DNA of 64,000 nucleotides from an uncultured cyanobacterium (lineage in GTDB: Bacteria > Cyanobacteriota > Cyanobacteriia > CAKZMO01): assembly GCA_963719515.1 (NCBI GenBank), contig CAVRCJ010000007.1, positions 32,001 to 96,000 on the forward strand. The letters are read 5' to 3'. The position numbers and the translations under genes are program-made. Shown here one piece after another: positions 51,353-60,421 of the stretch. The notes under the pieces were generated by a model, which saw nothing but the letters and a program-made list of their open reading frames with translations, ran no database searches and had not been told where the DNA came from. Position 1 is the first letter of the stretch, and each line of letters opens with the position of its first letter.

Positions 51353-53590
51353 ATGAAAATCTTTATATCTTGCGATCAAACTATTCTCAGGGATAAGGAA
51401 ATTTGTGAGGAGTTAAGCACTAGACTTTCCTCAAAATGGTTTGTAGGCAAACTGAACCCTATAAAACTAACAGTTTGGCATGAGGGTATGGCGACGGGGT
51501 TCCTTGAAAAGGAAATTGAGCATAATATAGCAATATCAAATATTGCTATATTAATTATCAGTCCTAGATTTCTTGGAACTAAAAATAGCGAAATCATCAA
51601 ATTGGAAACACGTTCGACAAAAGATCGCTTGATATTAGTCCCCGTATTGTCCGAAAGCATAGAATCTTGGGGTGTTGCCGAAAATGATGCTGCTGCTGCC
51701 ATCTCAATTGATAAACTATCATATTTCCCTTCAGATAGAACTATTTCTATTGAGGATCAATGGTCTTCAGAAAATCGAAGCAAGACATTTAAACATATAA
51801 TGTCAGATCTCAAAAAATTCATAAAGGAAGAGCATGAGCTTTATTATAAAAGAAGTCAGTATAGAAGTCGACTAGACTTAGAGTCTGCAGATTATCCAAT
51901 TGACAACGAAGCTTTTGAGAAACATCGAAAAGCATTGGAATTAAAAATAGACGAAGTCGATGATATCGAAAATACTTTCCAGGAAGAGTATCTTTCCCTA
52001 AAAGAAAAGTATAACGAAGCTCTTAAATCGATAGATTTCAACGAGCTAAGCTATCGGGAATCAAAAGAAAAAATTGGCCTTGTGCGTGATGAATTTCAGC
52101 TGAAGAGAGATGGAAAGATAGCTTCTAGGGAAGAAGAAGCAATATTGTCTCAGAAAGCAGCTGAGCATGAGAAATCGTTTAAGGAGTATGCGCACTTATA
52201 CAAGCAGTCTCTTCAAGAAATAGACAGTTTGCTAGACGGCGTTGAGCCAGTTGGAAATAGGCTTGAGAGATTACGTAAAGAGAGAGAGAGATTAAGGCTT
52301 TGCGAAGAAGAGGTCAGGGAAAAAGAAAGGCATTTACAGAAGGAGCGAGAGCAGCAGCTTTATGTGCAGGGAAGGCGAGATTTTCTAAAAGAATATAGTG
52401 AGAAGATACCCCAAGAGTATCCTGATTTCAGACACACTTTTAGAAGATTGAGAAATAAACACGGTCTAAATAGACAAGAATGGAACGACGATCTCAAATC
52501 CGAGGTGGATAGAATTGTTAAACAGCATAAAAGCTACTTGAAAGAGTATGAAGAGGCCTTAAATGACGTTAAAGATCAAATCAACTCATCTAGGCTATCA
52601 ATTTTTGAAATTGACGAACGTCTCGATCAGGAACTAAGCAATCTCAGGCTAGTGCGGAATGATATAATCCAGGAATGCGAGAAAGGTGTAAGAGAGCTTC
52701 AGAGGCAAGGCAATGGAAGGAAATCAGAATACGAAGTAGAACTTCGTCGGCTTAACGAGAAGTCTTCCAGAACCAAATTGACTGCTGAAACCAGTAGCGA
52801 TTTGAAACAATTAGCTAAAAATCTCAAGCTTCATGATCGAGACGTGAAAGACTGCGAAACCAGGGTGAATCGCCCTTTACAAGCTTCTTTGCAGCCACTG
52901 TTGAGAAACAATCTAGATAGACTCAATAACAGTCGTACAAGAAAGCGCTTAAGTATTTTTGGCGTGATCTCTATTGGTCTGCTCGTTTTACTTTTTGCTG
53001 TAAGAGCTTTTAGAAAAGAAGAGGCGCCGACTGTCGCTCCGTCTGAAGAGATGCCTCCAATTTCAGATGAGTCTTTAATCATTGACAGAGAATCCGCAAT
53101 TACCATCGTTGAAAATTGGTACAAAGTCAAATCAGTTGTGTACAACATAAACAGAATCAACGAGCTTGATATAAATGATCCTATTAAATATTTAGAGGAA
53201 AGCAAAGTTGTAACTGGAAGATTCTTAGAAACAGCGGAGAAATATGTAAGAGGAGTTCGAGCAGAAGAACACAACTTCCCTTTGTATTCATTTAATATTG
53301 AACACTCCACAGATACTAACTTTCGCATCTGTCCGCCTCATCAAACTAACAGCAGCGTATATCGAGGACATTCTGGGAAGGCAGAAATTCACCTAGATGT
53401 GCGGCAAAACGATGACAACAGTTCAAGCTGGGCGTTTGGACTGCTCTACGATAACTTCAGTCAAGCATGGAAGATTGAGTATGCAGAGCGTGGTGCCAAT
53501 ACTAACAAAATCTTAACTGAATTCAGAAGAAATTTTTGGGGCATTGAAAATAAAGATGACCCTATTGATTGCCCTTCAAACCAAGCATGA
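51353..53590 (+). CDS. Divergent TIR-like - long coiled coil - TM - extracytoplasmic domain protein
   Basis: MKIFISC...VWH...IAILIISPRFL...LVPVL; E/K/R-rich coiled coil; TM IFGVISIGLLVLLFAV; C-terminal AITIVENWYKVK...WKI resembles ARC6/IMS-type domains. Confidence 0.62.
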   Translation: MKIFISCDQTILRDKEICEELSTRLSSKWFVGKLNPIKLTVWHEGMATGFLEKEIEHNIAISNIAILIISPRFLGTKNSEIIKLETRSTKDRLILVPVLSESIESWGVAENDAAAAISIDKLSYFPSDRTISIEDQWSSENRSKTFKHIMSDLKKFIKEEHELYYKRSQYRSRLDLESADYPIDNEAFEKHRKALELKIDEVDDIENTFQEEYLSLKEKYNEALKSIDFNELSYRESKEKIGLVRDEFQLKRDGKIASREEEAILSQKAAEHEKSFKEYAHLYKQSLQEIDSLLDGVEPVGNRLERLRKERERLRLCEEEVREKERHLQKEREQQLYVQGRRDFLKEYSEKIPQEYPDFRHTFRRLRNKHGLNRQEWNDDLKSEVDRIVKQHKSYLKEYEEALNDVKDQINSSRLSIFEIDERLDQELSNLRLVRNDIIQECEKGVRELQRQGNGRKSEYEVELRRLNEKSSRTKLTAETSSDLKQLAKNLKLHDRDVKDCETRVNRPLQASLQPLLRNNLDRLNNSRTRKRLSIFGVISIGLLVLLFAVRAFRKEEAPTVAPSEEMPPISDESLIIDRESAITIVENWYKVKSVVYNINRINELDINDPIKYLEESKVVTGRFLETAEKYVRGVRAEEHNFPLYSFNIEHSTDTNFRICPPHQTNSSVYRGHSGKAEIHLDVRQNDDNSSSWAFGLLYDNFSQAWKIEYAERGANTNKILTEFRRNFWGIENKDDPIDCPSNQA

Positions 53591-53896
53591 CAAGCATGAG
53601 GTATAGGTCATGAAACCTTAGCACCTGAGTGGTGCAGAGAACTCTTGAAAATTCCATTAATTAATTAATGGATTGTTGCAAAACTAGCGATTTCTGAGAT
53701 CGCGAGTAGATTGAGACCAAACTTTACATATTTACGTGGTTTGAAGGCACATATTTAGGACTTATCCGGCCTGAACTAAGAAGAAAATATCCTCTCCCCG
53801 GCTTTTTTATATCACTAATCTCTAGCACAGTCGGCTATTTAGAAATACATTGCTTAACCAACTCATTTCTTAACCTCCTAATCCTCAATATATGAT

Positions 53897-54271
53897 TTAC
53901 CAACGCACTAAAAACTTTCGCGTATTGCGGGTTGCCAAAGTTAAATTATTCGCCAAAGCGATCGCGGCAATTTTCAAATTGTATGAACCGATTGGAGTAC
54001 CTGAACTTGCTAACCCTGCTCGAATCTGACCCGCTAGCAGCGCCGCCTCATCCTCAAAGGGCAGCGAGATAAACCGTGTCAGAAACGCTTGCTGCCAATC
54101 CAGCGTACGGGCCGGGTTATTACTGCGAAATGACCCGTAAAACAACTCAGCCTTGACCACAGAACACACCGCCATGTCCTCAATCGGGGTAGACAGTAGG
54201 CGATCGCGCACCGATGGCGAACGACCATTCAAATACACCACACACACATTCGTATCCAGCAGATAGCGCAT
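53897..54271 (-). pseudogene. vapC: VapC PIN-domain toxin, probably degraded at the C-terminus
   Basis: YLLDTN, VVKAELFYG; the usual D in IG.YD reads N; the terminal THN.REF motif reads TRNTRKF and the ORF stops shortly after. Confidence 0.75.
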
Positions 54272-54274
54272 TCC

Positions 54275-54480
54275 CTACTCAAACGCTCCCGCCAAGTCTT
54301 CGTCCAGCGCATCCGAAACTCCTGCTTCATCGACGTGAATCGGGTCGCCTGCGCAGATGCTATATAGATTTTCCAAAGGCTCCACAACTAGAGTAGCCGC
54401 TTGCACCGGCTGATAAATCACCATTACCTCTATCTCTCGGCCCGTCAGCCCTACCGGAATATCAAGATGCAGCAAGCAGC
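54275..54480 (-). pseudogene. Putative antitoxin lacking its N-terminus
   Basis: LHLDIPVGLTGREIEVMVIYQPV...; directly upstream of vapC; the 5' end abuts the promoter of the leader cassette. Confidence 0.55.
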
Positions 54481-54498
54481 CCTGCCAAAAACTCACCC

Positions 54499-54759
54499 TT
54501 GCCTCTTCGCCGCAGATGCGATAGATTACCTTGCTAGAAGCTGTAATCCGATGCAGCTTGACGACAACCCCAAAAATTTGGTCAAGACGGGTACGATCGC
54601 CATCACCAGTGACGATCGCACCCTGACCCTTAGACAGGAAATCGAGCTGTCTTCGAGCTAGAGAGTATTGTATTTCAATACTTCTGGCCATCCTAGACGC
54701 CCAAGACAAGGGATGACCGATTTTTGGGTTTTCTTACCCACACAACTCAAAGAAAACCC
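54499..54759 (+). promoter_or_regulatory. Promoter plus structured RNA leader, copy B
   Basis: TTGCCT (54499)-N17-TAGATT (54522); serial hairpins; CCCAAAAATTTGGTCA (54569-54584) complementary to TGACCGATTTTTGGG (54714-54728); hairpin TGGGTTTTCTT/AAGAAAACCCA reaching the ATG. Confidence 0.65.
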
Positions 54760-55074
54760 ATGACATTTCTATATCCTGAGCTGCCCTCCCATGGCGAGGC
54801 AGCACTCAGCTTGCCGTCCACCGAGCAAGCACCAAACCTGCTGACCACCCCCGACCCCGGCCCCAGCGGTGAATATATCCGCCATATTCTCGTCGGCTCC
54901 CCCGAAGGCGTCCGCGAAACCATCTACCGGCTGCACCTGCGCCGCTACGTCGAGCAGGCCCAGTGGACCGGCCCCATCAAAATCGGCCCCAACGGCATCC
55001 ACATCACCCCCAGCCAAGGGCAGATCCTCTTCTACCTGATGCGGCTGCGATCTCTAGACATGCCTACCGGCTAG
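54760..55074 (+). CDS. Small conserved hypothetical protein (104 aa), paralog of 22907-23288
   Basis: IRHILVGSPEGVRETIYRLHLRRYVEQAQWT...GIHITPSQGQILFYL aligns without gaps to copy A. Confidence 0.8.
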   Translation: MTFLYPELPSHGEAALSLPSTEQAPNLLTTPDPGPSGEYIRHILVGSPEGVRETIYRLHLRRYVEQAQWTGPIKIGPNGIHITPSQGQILFYLMRLRSLDMPTG

Positions 55075-55083
55075 CAGCACAGA

Positions 55084-55104
55084 GTAGGGTGGGCACTGCC
55101 CACC
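55084..55104. repeat. GTAG-type REP-like palindrome
   Basis: GTAGGGTGGGCACTGCCCACC between convergent genes. Confidence 0.65.
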
Positions 55105-55124
55105 TTACCAACTGGTGTGTAGAT

Positions 55125-55961
55125 CTAACGCACCAGGCGAGGATAGAGCCGACCACACAGGGCCACCAGCCCCGCCGTCACCCCAACCAAAACGGCAAAA
55201 TCCACAGCTAGGCCATAGCTCCCCGCCTGGCCCACAAGCATCAAATCCCGCAGGGCATCCACAAGGTAGGTCAAAGGATTGATTCGCGATAAAACCTGCA
55301 GCCACGGCGGCATGATAGAAATCGGATAGATGGCATTGCTGGCAAAAAACAGCGGCATCATCATCAGCTGCCCCACCCCCATCACCCGCTCATTGGTCTT
55401 CACCCAGCAGGCCACCGTGAGCGAAAACGTCGAGAACAGGGCCGCCCCCAGCACCGCAGCGATCGCCACCCCCAGCAGCGCCAGTGGATTCCAGTCTAGG
55501 TTGACCCGCAGGCAGGCCGCCACAACGTAGATCACCAGCAGCTGAGACAAACAGCGCACCCCAGCGCCAATCGCCTTTCCCAGCACCAGGGCCGAACGCG
55601 GCGCTGGGCTGACCATCAGCTTATGCAAAATCCCCAGGTCCTTCTCCCAAATCACCAGCAGCCCGGTAAAAATCGACATGAACAGGATGCTCTGCGCCAA
55701 AATGCCCGGCGTCATAAAGTCGATGTAGCTCAGGTCCCCAGTGGGGATGCCGCGCACCTGGGTAAACACCTGGCCAAAAATCGTCAGCCACAGCACCGGC
55801 TGCACCGCGCGGGTAAATAGCTGAATCGGGTCGTGCCGCAGCTTGCGAATCTCCAGCTCTGCCGCCACCAGAGATTTTTGGGCAAACTCCCCCACCGTCA
55901 CCCCGCCGGGGTCCGGCTTACCCCAGGCGTTGGGCGGTGCGTCGGGTGCTTGATGTGTCAC
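55125..55961 (-). CDS. ABC-2 type permease (DrrB-like)
   Basis: GTG at 55961 preceded by AGGAG; WEKDLGILHKLMVSP, INPLTYLVDALR. Confidence 0.88.
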   Translation of the reverse strand: MTHQAPDAPPNAWGKPDPGGVTVGEFAQKSLVAAELEIRKLRHDPIQLFTRAVQPVLWLTIFGQVFTQVRGIPTGDLSYIDFMTPGILAQSILFMSIFTGLLVIWEKDLGILHKLMVSPAPRSALVLGKAIGAGVRCLSQLLVIYVVAACLRVNLDWNPLALLGVAIAAVLGAALFSTFSLTVACWVKTNERVMGVGQLMMMPLFFASNAIYPISIMPPWLQVLSRINPLTYLVDALRDLMLVGQAGSYGLAVDFAVLVGVTAGLVALCGRLYPRLVR

Positions 55962-56718
55962 GATAGGCTCCTGCTTCAGTGGTGAGGTAGTCTCCGGTGT
56001 AGTGGATGAAGACATCATCCATCGTGGCCGCAGGCGTCGGCAGGCCCGCTTTGAGGCTAGCGGGCGTCCCCGCTGCCACCTGCTGCCCGCCGTAGAGAAT
56101 AGAGAGGCGATCGCACAGGGCGTCGGCTTCATCCATAAAGTGGGTGGTCAAAAAGACGGTGGTGTTGTGGTCGCGCCGCAGCTGCAAAATCAGCTCCCAC
56201 ATGGCTTTGCGGGCCACGGGGTCTAGGCCCACTGTGGGCTCATCGAGGAAGAGCAGGGGCGGCTGGTGCAGGGTGGCCTGGGCAATTTCTAAGCGGCGAA
56301 TCATGCCGCCCGAGTAGGTCTTCACCAAACGGTGGCCTACCGGCTCTAGTCCCACGTAGTGAAGGGCGGCGCGAATCCGCTCTAGCCGCTGCCGCCGGGG
56401 CACGCCGTAGAGCTTGGCCAAAATCAGCATGTTCTCATAGCCCGTCAGCGTCCCGTCGACGGATAGCGCCTGGGGGACGTAGCCAATGCGGCGCTGCACC
56501 GCCATAGCCTGACGGGTGATGTCGTAGCCCGCCACCGTGGCCCGCCCAGCGCTGGCGGGCAGCAGGGTAATCAGCATTTTGATTAGCGTACTTTTGCCCG
56601 CCCCGTTGGGGCCCAGCAGCCCGAAAACCTCACCCGGCTCAACCGAGAGGCTGACGGCGTCGACGGCGGTTTTGTCGCCAAACTGTTTGGTGAGCTGGTG
56701 GAGAGCAATGATGGTCAT
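55918..56718 (-). CDS. ABC transporter ATP-binding protein (DrrA-like)
   Basis: GPNGAGKST, YSGGMIRRL, LFLDEPTVGLDP. Confidence 0.93.
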   Translation of the reverse strand: MTIIALHQLTKQFGDKTAVDAVSLSVEPGEVFGLLGPNGAGKSTLIKMLITLLPASAGRATVAGYDITRQAMAVQRRIGYVPQALSVDGTLTGYENMLILAKLYGVPRRQRLERIRAALHYVGLEPVGHRLVKTYSGGMIRRLEIAQATLHQPPLLFLDEPTVGLDPVARKAMWELILQLRRDHNTTVFLTTHFMDEADALCDRLSILYGGQQVAAGTPASLKAGLPTPAATMDDVFIHYTGDYLTTEAGAYRDTSSTRRTAQRLG

Positions 56719-57035
56719 AGTCCTAATTTTACTGCTGCACGAGCGTAGGTCTCATTGTGATACTCCCCGCGTGAGCCGGATTCGCGCTTCCGCTAAAAGG
56801 AGCACTTCTTCTAGCGCAGGTGACTGTTCACGACCGACACAGTGCTCTTGCCTCCCCGCATCAAACAGGCCAAGTAATTACCATGGTTATTAAGTAGAAG
56901 GCCATAACTAAACGACGCTAACAGGGGGTTCGCCCCCCGCCGGGGGGCGAACCTCCAACACCGTTCATTTGTGGCTAGCCACTTAATACCCTCTGCCCTG
57001 TCCAGCAAATGCCCATTTAACAGACGCCCGAAAAT

Positions 57036-59678
57036 ATGCCGAACGTATCATCAGATGTTCTCTGGGACGTAGCCGTAGCCCAGTGCTGCCAGGAACCGGT
57101 TCACATCCTGGGCTACATTCAGCCGTTCGGAGGGCTGCTGGCAACGGATGAAAACTTAGAGCTAATCACCCACGGGTCCGCTAACCTAGCGGGTTTGTTG
57201 GGCCTTTCGGCCATCCAAGGGGATGGGGCCAGTCTCCTGGGGCAAGACCTACAGACGCTGCTGCCTGAGCAGCTCGTCCATGACCTACGCAATGCCTGCG
57301 GACTGCCTTGGATTCAAGCGCAGCGGGAGCGCGTCGGTACTTACGACATCCAGGGGCGAAGCTTTGACATCAGCGTTCATTTTAATGGGCATCGCATGCT
57401 GATTGAGTTAGAGCCGCTGCCCACCGTTCTAGAACATCCAGCGGCCCTAGCGGCCCGCATGAAGGCCCTGCTTCAAAACGTGAGCAATTCAGAGATGCTC
57501 ATAAGGGCCGTAACCGAGGAGCTGCGGAATGCGACGGGCTTCGATCGGGTCATGGCCTATCGGTTTTTACAGGATGGGTCTGGGGAGGTGGTGGCAGAAG
57601 CTCGCTCTACCGATATGGCGTCCTTACTGGGGTTACGGTTTCCCGCGACGGATATTCCGGAGCTGGCCCGGCTGCTTTTTCGTAAAACGTCGCTTCGGGT
57701 TATTCCCCATATTGATGCGGCCCCAGTCCCCCTTTTAGCCTGGAATCCTGAGGAAGATCCATTGGATCTTTCCTTGGCCCAGGTGCGCGGCGCTTCCACT
57801 GGCCATACCCAGCGGTACCTGAGCAATATGGGCGTTCAGGGCAGTATGACCCTGGCCATCATTGTCGAAGGGCAGCTATGGGGCCTGTTTGCGCTACACC
57901 ACAGCCAGCCGAAGCTGCTCTCCCCAGAGTTTCGGACGACGCTTGAGTTGTGCGGCACGTTGCTTTCCATGCATTTGCAGCAGACGATTACCGCAGAGCA
58001 CTTTTATGCCCGCAAGCAAGCGGCTACGGTCCTCGCTCAAACCTTTGCCCAGGCAGAACCTTCACCGACCACCAGCGATAAGCGAGAGCAAGTTCTGAAT
58101 CAAAGCTGGGAAATGCTCGTGGTTGAGGCTCAGCCGCAGCTGTGCAAGCTGCTCAACGCGGATGGTTTGGCCTTTGTGGTGGACCAAAAAGTTTTGGCAT
58201 CCCACGGCCAGGTCCCCCCAGAGCGCTCCATTTTAGCCCTTATTGACCATGGGCCGCTCAACGAGCAAGTCCAGTCTGAGACCGGCGTTGTGGCTGTGGG
58301 CAGCTTTGAAGCCCTCTCGGAATCGTCCCCAGAAGTGGCGATCGCTACGGACTGGGGCGACAGTGCGGGGGGCGGATTTTTCTCAGTGAAATACTACGAG
58401 AACCATTATTTTTCCTTTTTTAGAAACGAGCTGAGTTCTGAGGTGCGGTGGGCCGGCAACCCCCACCAGCAGGACGTCGTGCCAACGGACGATACTGAGT
58501 TTCCGTTTTCTCCCGAGCGATCGTTCGACATGTATAAAGAGATCGTTGGTGGGCAATGCCGCCCCTGGAGCCGTGATGATTTGGCCATTATTCTAGAGGT
58601 CAAGTCAGAGCTGCAAAATCAGGTCGGTTTGTTTCTGCAGCAGCAGCAAAACTTACTGATTGCGGAGTTGAAGCACCGGGTCAAAAATATTTTGGCTCTG
58701 ATCCGCTCAGTTGCTCGGCAGACCAGTCGATCTAAATTGTCTGTCGCCGAGTATACCGACGTTCTAGAGCAGCGCATTGCGGCGCTAGGGCTGGCCCACG
58801 ATTTGATTAGCCATACAGGGACAGAATGGCCCAGTCTTCGAGAAATTTTTGCGATTGAACTGCGCCCTTACTTGGCTAATGAGTCTGAACGCCATCAGCA
58901 GGCCCAGCTCCTCGGGCCGAATGTCAAACTGAGTAGCCTCTTTGTCCCGACCTTTGTTTTGGTTATCCATGAATTGGTCTCCAATGCGGTAAAGTATGGC
59001 GCTCTGTCAGTTCCGGAGGGTAGGGTTGAGGTAAGCTGGCACCCGGTGAACGGTGGAGCTAGCCTGCACTGGCGAGAGTCCAGCGGTCCTAGGGTACAGC
59101 CGCCTCAAGAGCGGGGCTTTGGCTGTGAACTCATCGAACGCGCAATTCCCTACGAGTTTGACGGGGAAGTGACGCTACGCTTCCCCGCTACGGGCGTTGA
59201 AGCAGATTTCTGGATACCCCAAGATTTACTGGAGTGGATCTCTCCGGCCCAAACGCCACGGCGGCAAGAGCCGGCGCGACAGCTTGCGCAGGCTGTTCCC
59301 CCCCCTGGAAGTAAGGGACGAGTGCTAATTGTTGAGGACAGCATGCTGATTGCGATCGAGCTGGAAAATACGCTAAAGGCGCTCGGCTTTGACCCAGTTG
59401 ACTCTGCCCCTAAAGTTTCCCGGGCGCTGAAGCTGCTAAACCGAGAGAGATACCGCGTCTGCTTGTTGGACATCGATCTCAAGCACGAAACCAGCTTTGC
59501 GCTTGCCTATAAACTTCAAAAAGAGCAAATTCCCTTTCTGTTTACAACAGGCTATGACTCCAAGTACTCTATTCCGGACGACCTAAGATCTGTAGTTCTC
59601 CTTAAGAAGCCCCTGAACCCCAAAAAACTGCAGTACAATCTCGATGAGTTGCTGCGAACCTCAGCTCAGATAATTTAA
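57036..59678 (+). CDS. Bacteriophytochrome-like PAS-GAF-PHY - HWE histidine kinase - REC
   Basis: CCQEPVHILGYIQPFG, GFDRVMAYRF, DIP, WGLFALHH; ELKHRVKN, HELVSNAVKYGALS, WRESSGP; C-terminal REC. Confidence 0.88.
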   Translation: MPNVSSDVLWDVAVAQCCQEPVHILGYIQPFGGLLATDENLELITHGSANLAGLLGLSAIQGDGASLLGQDLQTLLPEQLVHDLRNACGLPWIQAQRERVGTYDIQGRSFDISVHFNGHRMLIELEPLPTVLEHPAALAARMKALLQNVSNSEMLIRAVTEELRNATGFDRVMAYRFLQDGSGEVVAEARSTDMASLLGLRFPATDIPELARLLFRKTSLRVIPHIDAAPVPLLAWNPEEDPLDLSLAQVRGASTGHTQRYLSNMGVQGSMTLAIIVEGQLWGLFALHHSQPKLLSPEFRTTLELCGTLLSMHLQQTITAEHFYARKQAATVLAQTFAQAEPSPTTSDKREQVLNQSWEMLVVEAQPQLCKLLNADGLAFVVDQKVLASHGQVPPERSILALIDHGPLNEQVQSETGVVAVGSFEALSESSPEVAIATDWGDSAGGGFFSVKYYENHYFSFFRNELSSEVRWAGNPHQQDVVPTDDTEFPFSPERSFDMYKEIVGGQCRPWSRDDLAIILEVKSELQNQVGLFLQQQQNLLIAELKHRVKNILALIRSVARQTSRSKLSVAEYTDVLEQRIAALGLAHDLISHTGTEWPSLREIFAIELRPYLANESERHQQAQLLGPNVKLSSLFVPTFVLVIHELVSNAVKYGALSVPEGRVEVSWHPVNGGASLHWRESSGPRVQPPQERGFGCELIERAIPYEFDGEVTLRFPATGVEADFWIPQDLLEWISPAQTPRRQEPARQLAQAVPPPGSKGRVLIVEDSMLIAIELENTLKALGFDPVDSAPKVSRALKLLNRERYRVCLLDIDLKHETSFALAYKLQKEQIPFLFTTGYDSKYSIPDDLRSVVLLKKPLNPKKLQYNLDELLRTSAQII

Positions 59679-59727
59679 CTAATCTTAATCAGTTTGCACA
59701 GAATAGATATACCTTAACGACCTTTCA

Positions 59728-60153
59728 ATGGCAACTATTCTAATTTGCGAAGACGACATTTCTTTAGCGGCCTACTGGCGACAGCTGCTTGAGGCTGAGC
59801 GTCATACCGTTTACTGTAGCGAAACGGCTGCGGAAGCCTTAGCATTAACCGAAAAGATCTCGCCTGACTTGATCATTACTGACATGATGTTCAAGAAAAA
59901 TGGAAACTTTTTTCCTAAAGGTGGGTTAACGCTACTATCGGGATTGCGCAATAGAATGCAGCTCTCCACTCCAGTGATTTGCGTTAGTGGCTACAGGCCC
60001 AGCCGCTATAATCCTATGCCTGCAATAGAGTTTGCCAAAGTAATGGGAAGTGACTTAGCGCTCTACAAGCCGATCTCCCCAAGAAAGCTCATCAATACAG
60101 TTCACGAGCTGCTGCACGGCTATGATTTTCGCAGCGAACGTTTGGCAATGTAA
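59728..60153 (+). CDS. Single-domain response regulator
   Basis: ILICEDD, LIITDMM, VSG, YKP. Confidence 0.88.
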   Translation: MATILICEDDISLAAYWRQLLEAERHTVYCSETAAEALALTEKISPDLIITDMMFKKNGNFFPKGGLTLLSGLRNRMQLSTPVICVSGYRPSRYNPMPAIEFAKVMGSDLALYKPISPRKLINTVHELLHGYDFRSERLAM

Positions 60154-60182
60154 GTAATATCTTCCCTGGTTCGTTGGCTTAA

Positions 60183-60385
60183 GAGGGCGTTTGAAAAGTA
60201 GCAAGCGTTCTGCATTACCCCCTCTAGCTCCCCTACGCCCTGCGGGCAGGCTAACGCCAAAGCTCAAGGGGGAGAACCAGGATTTCCCCCCTTGGCTTTC
60301 GCGCAGCGCGTCCTACGGACGCAGGAGGATTAAGGGGGGTGAAGCAGTGGCGTAAAGCTTTAACCAACACTTTTCAAACATCCTC
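60183..60385. mobile_element. MITE with 17-bp TIRs and TAA duplication
   Basis: GAGGGCGTTTGAAAAGT ... ACTTTTCAAACATCCTC (15/17 match), flanked by TAA on both sides; non-coding interior. Confidence 0.8.
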
Positions 60386-60421
60386 TAAGGCCCCAAAACT
60401 GCCTCAAGAGGCGATCGCACT

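Noticed and set aside
54481..54709. N-terminal part of the 144-aa ORF 54275-54709
   Set aside because: It reads antisense through the promoter and structured leader of cassette B; only the part below about 54480 looks protein-like.
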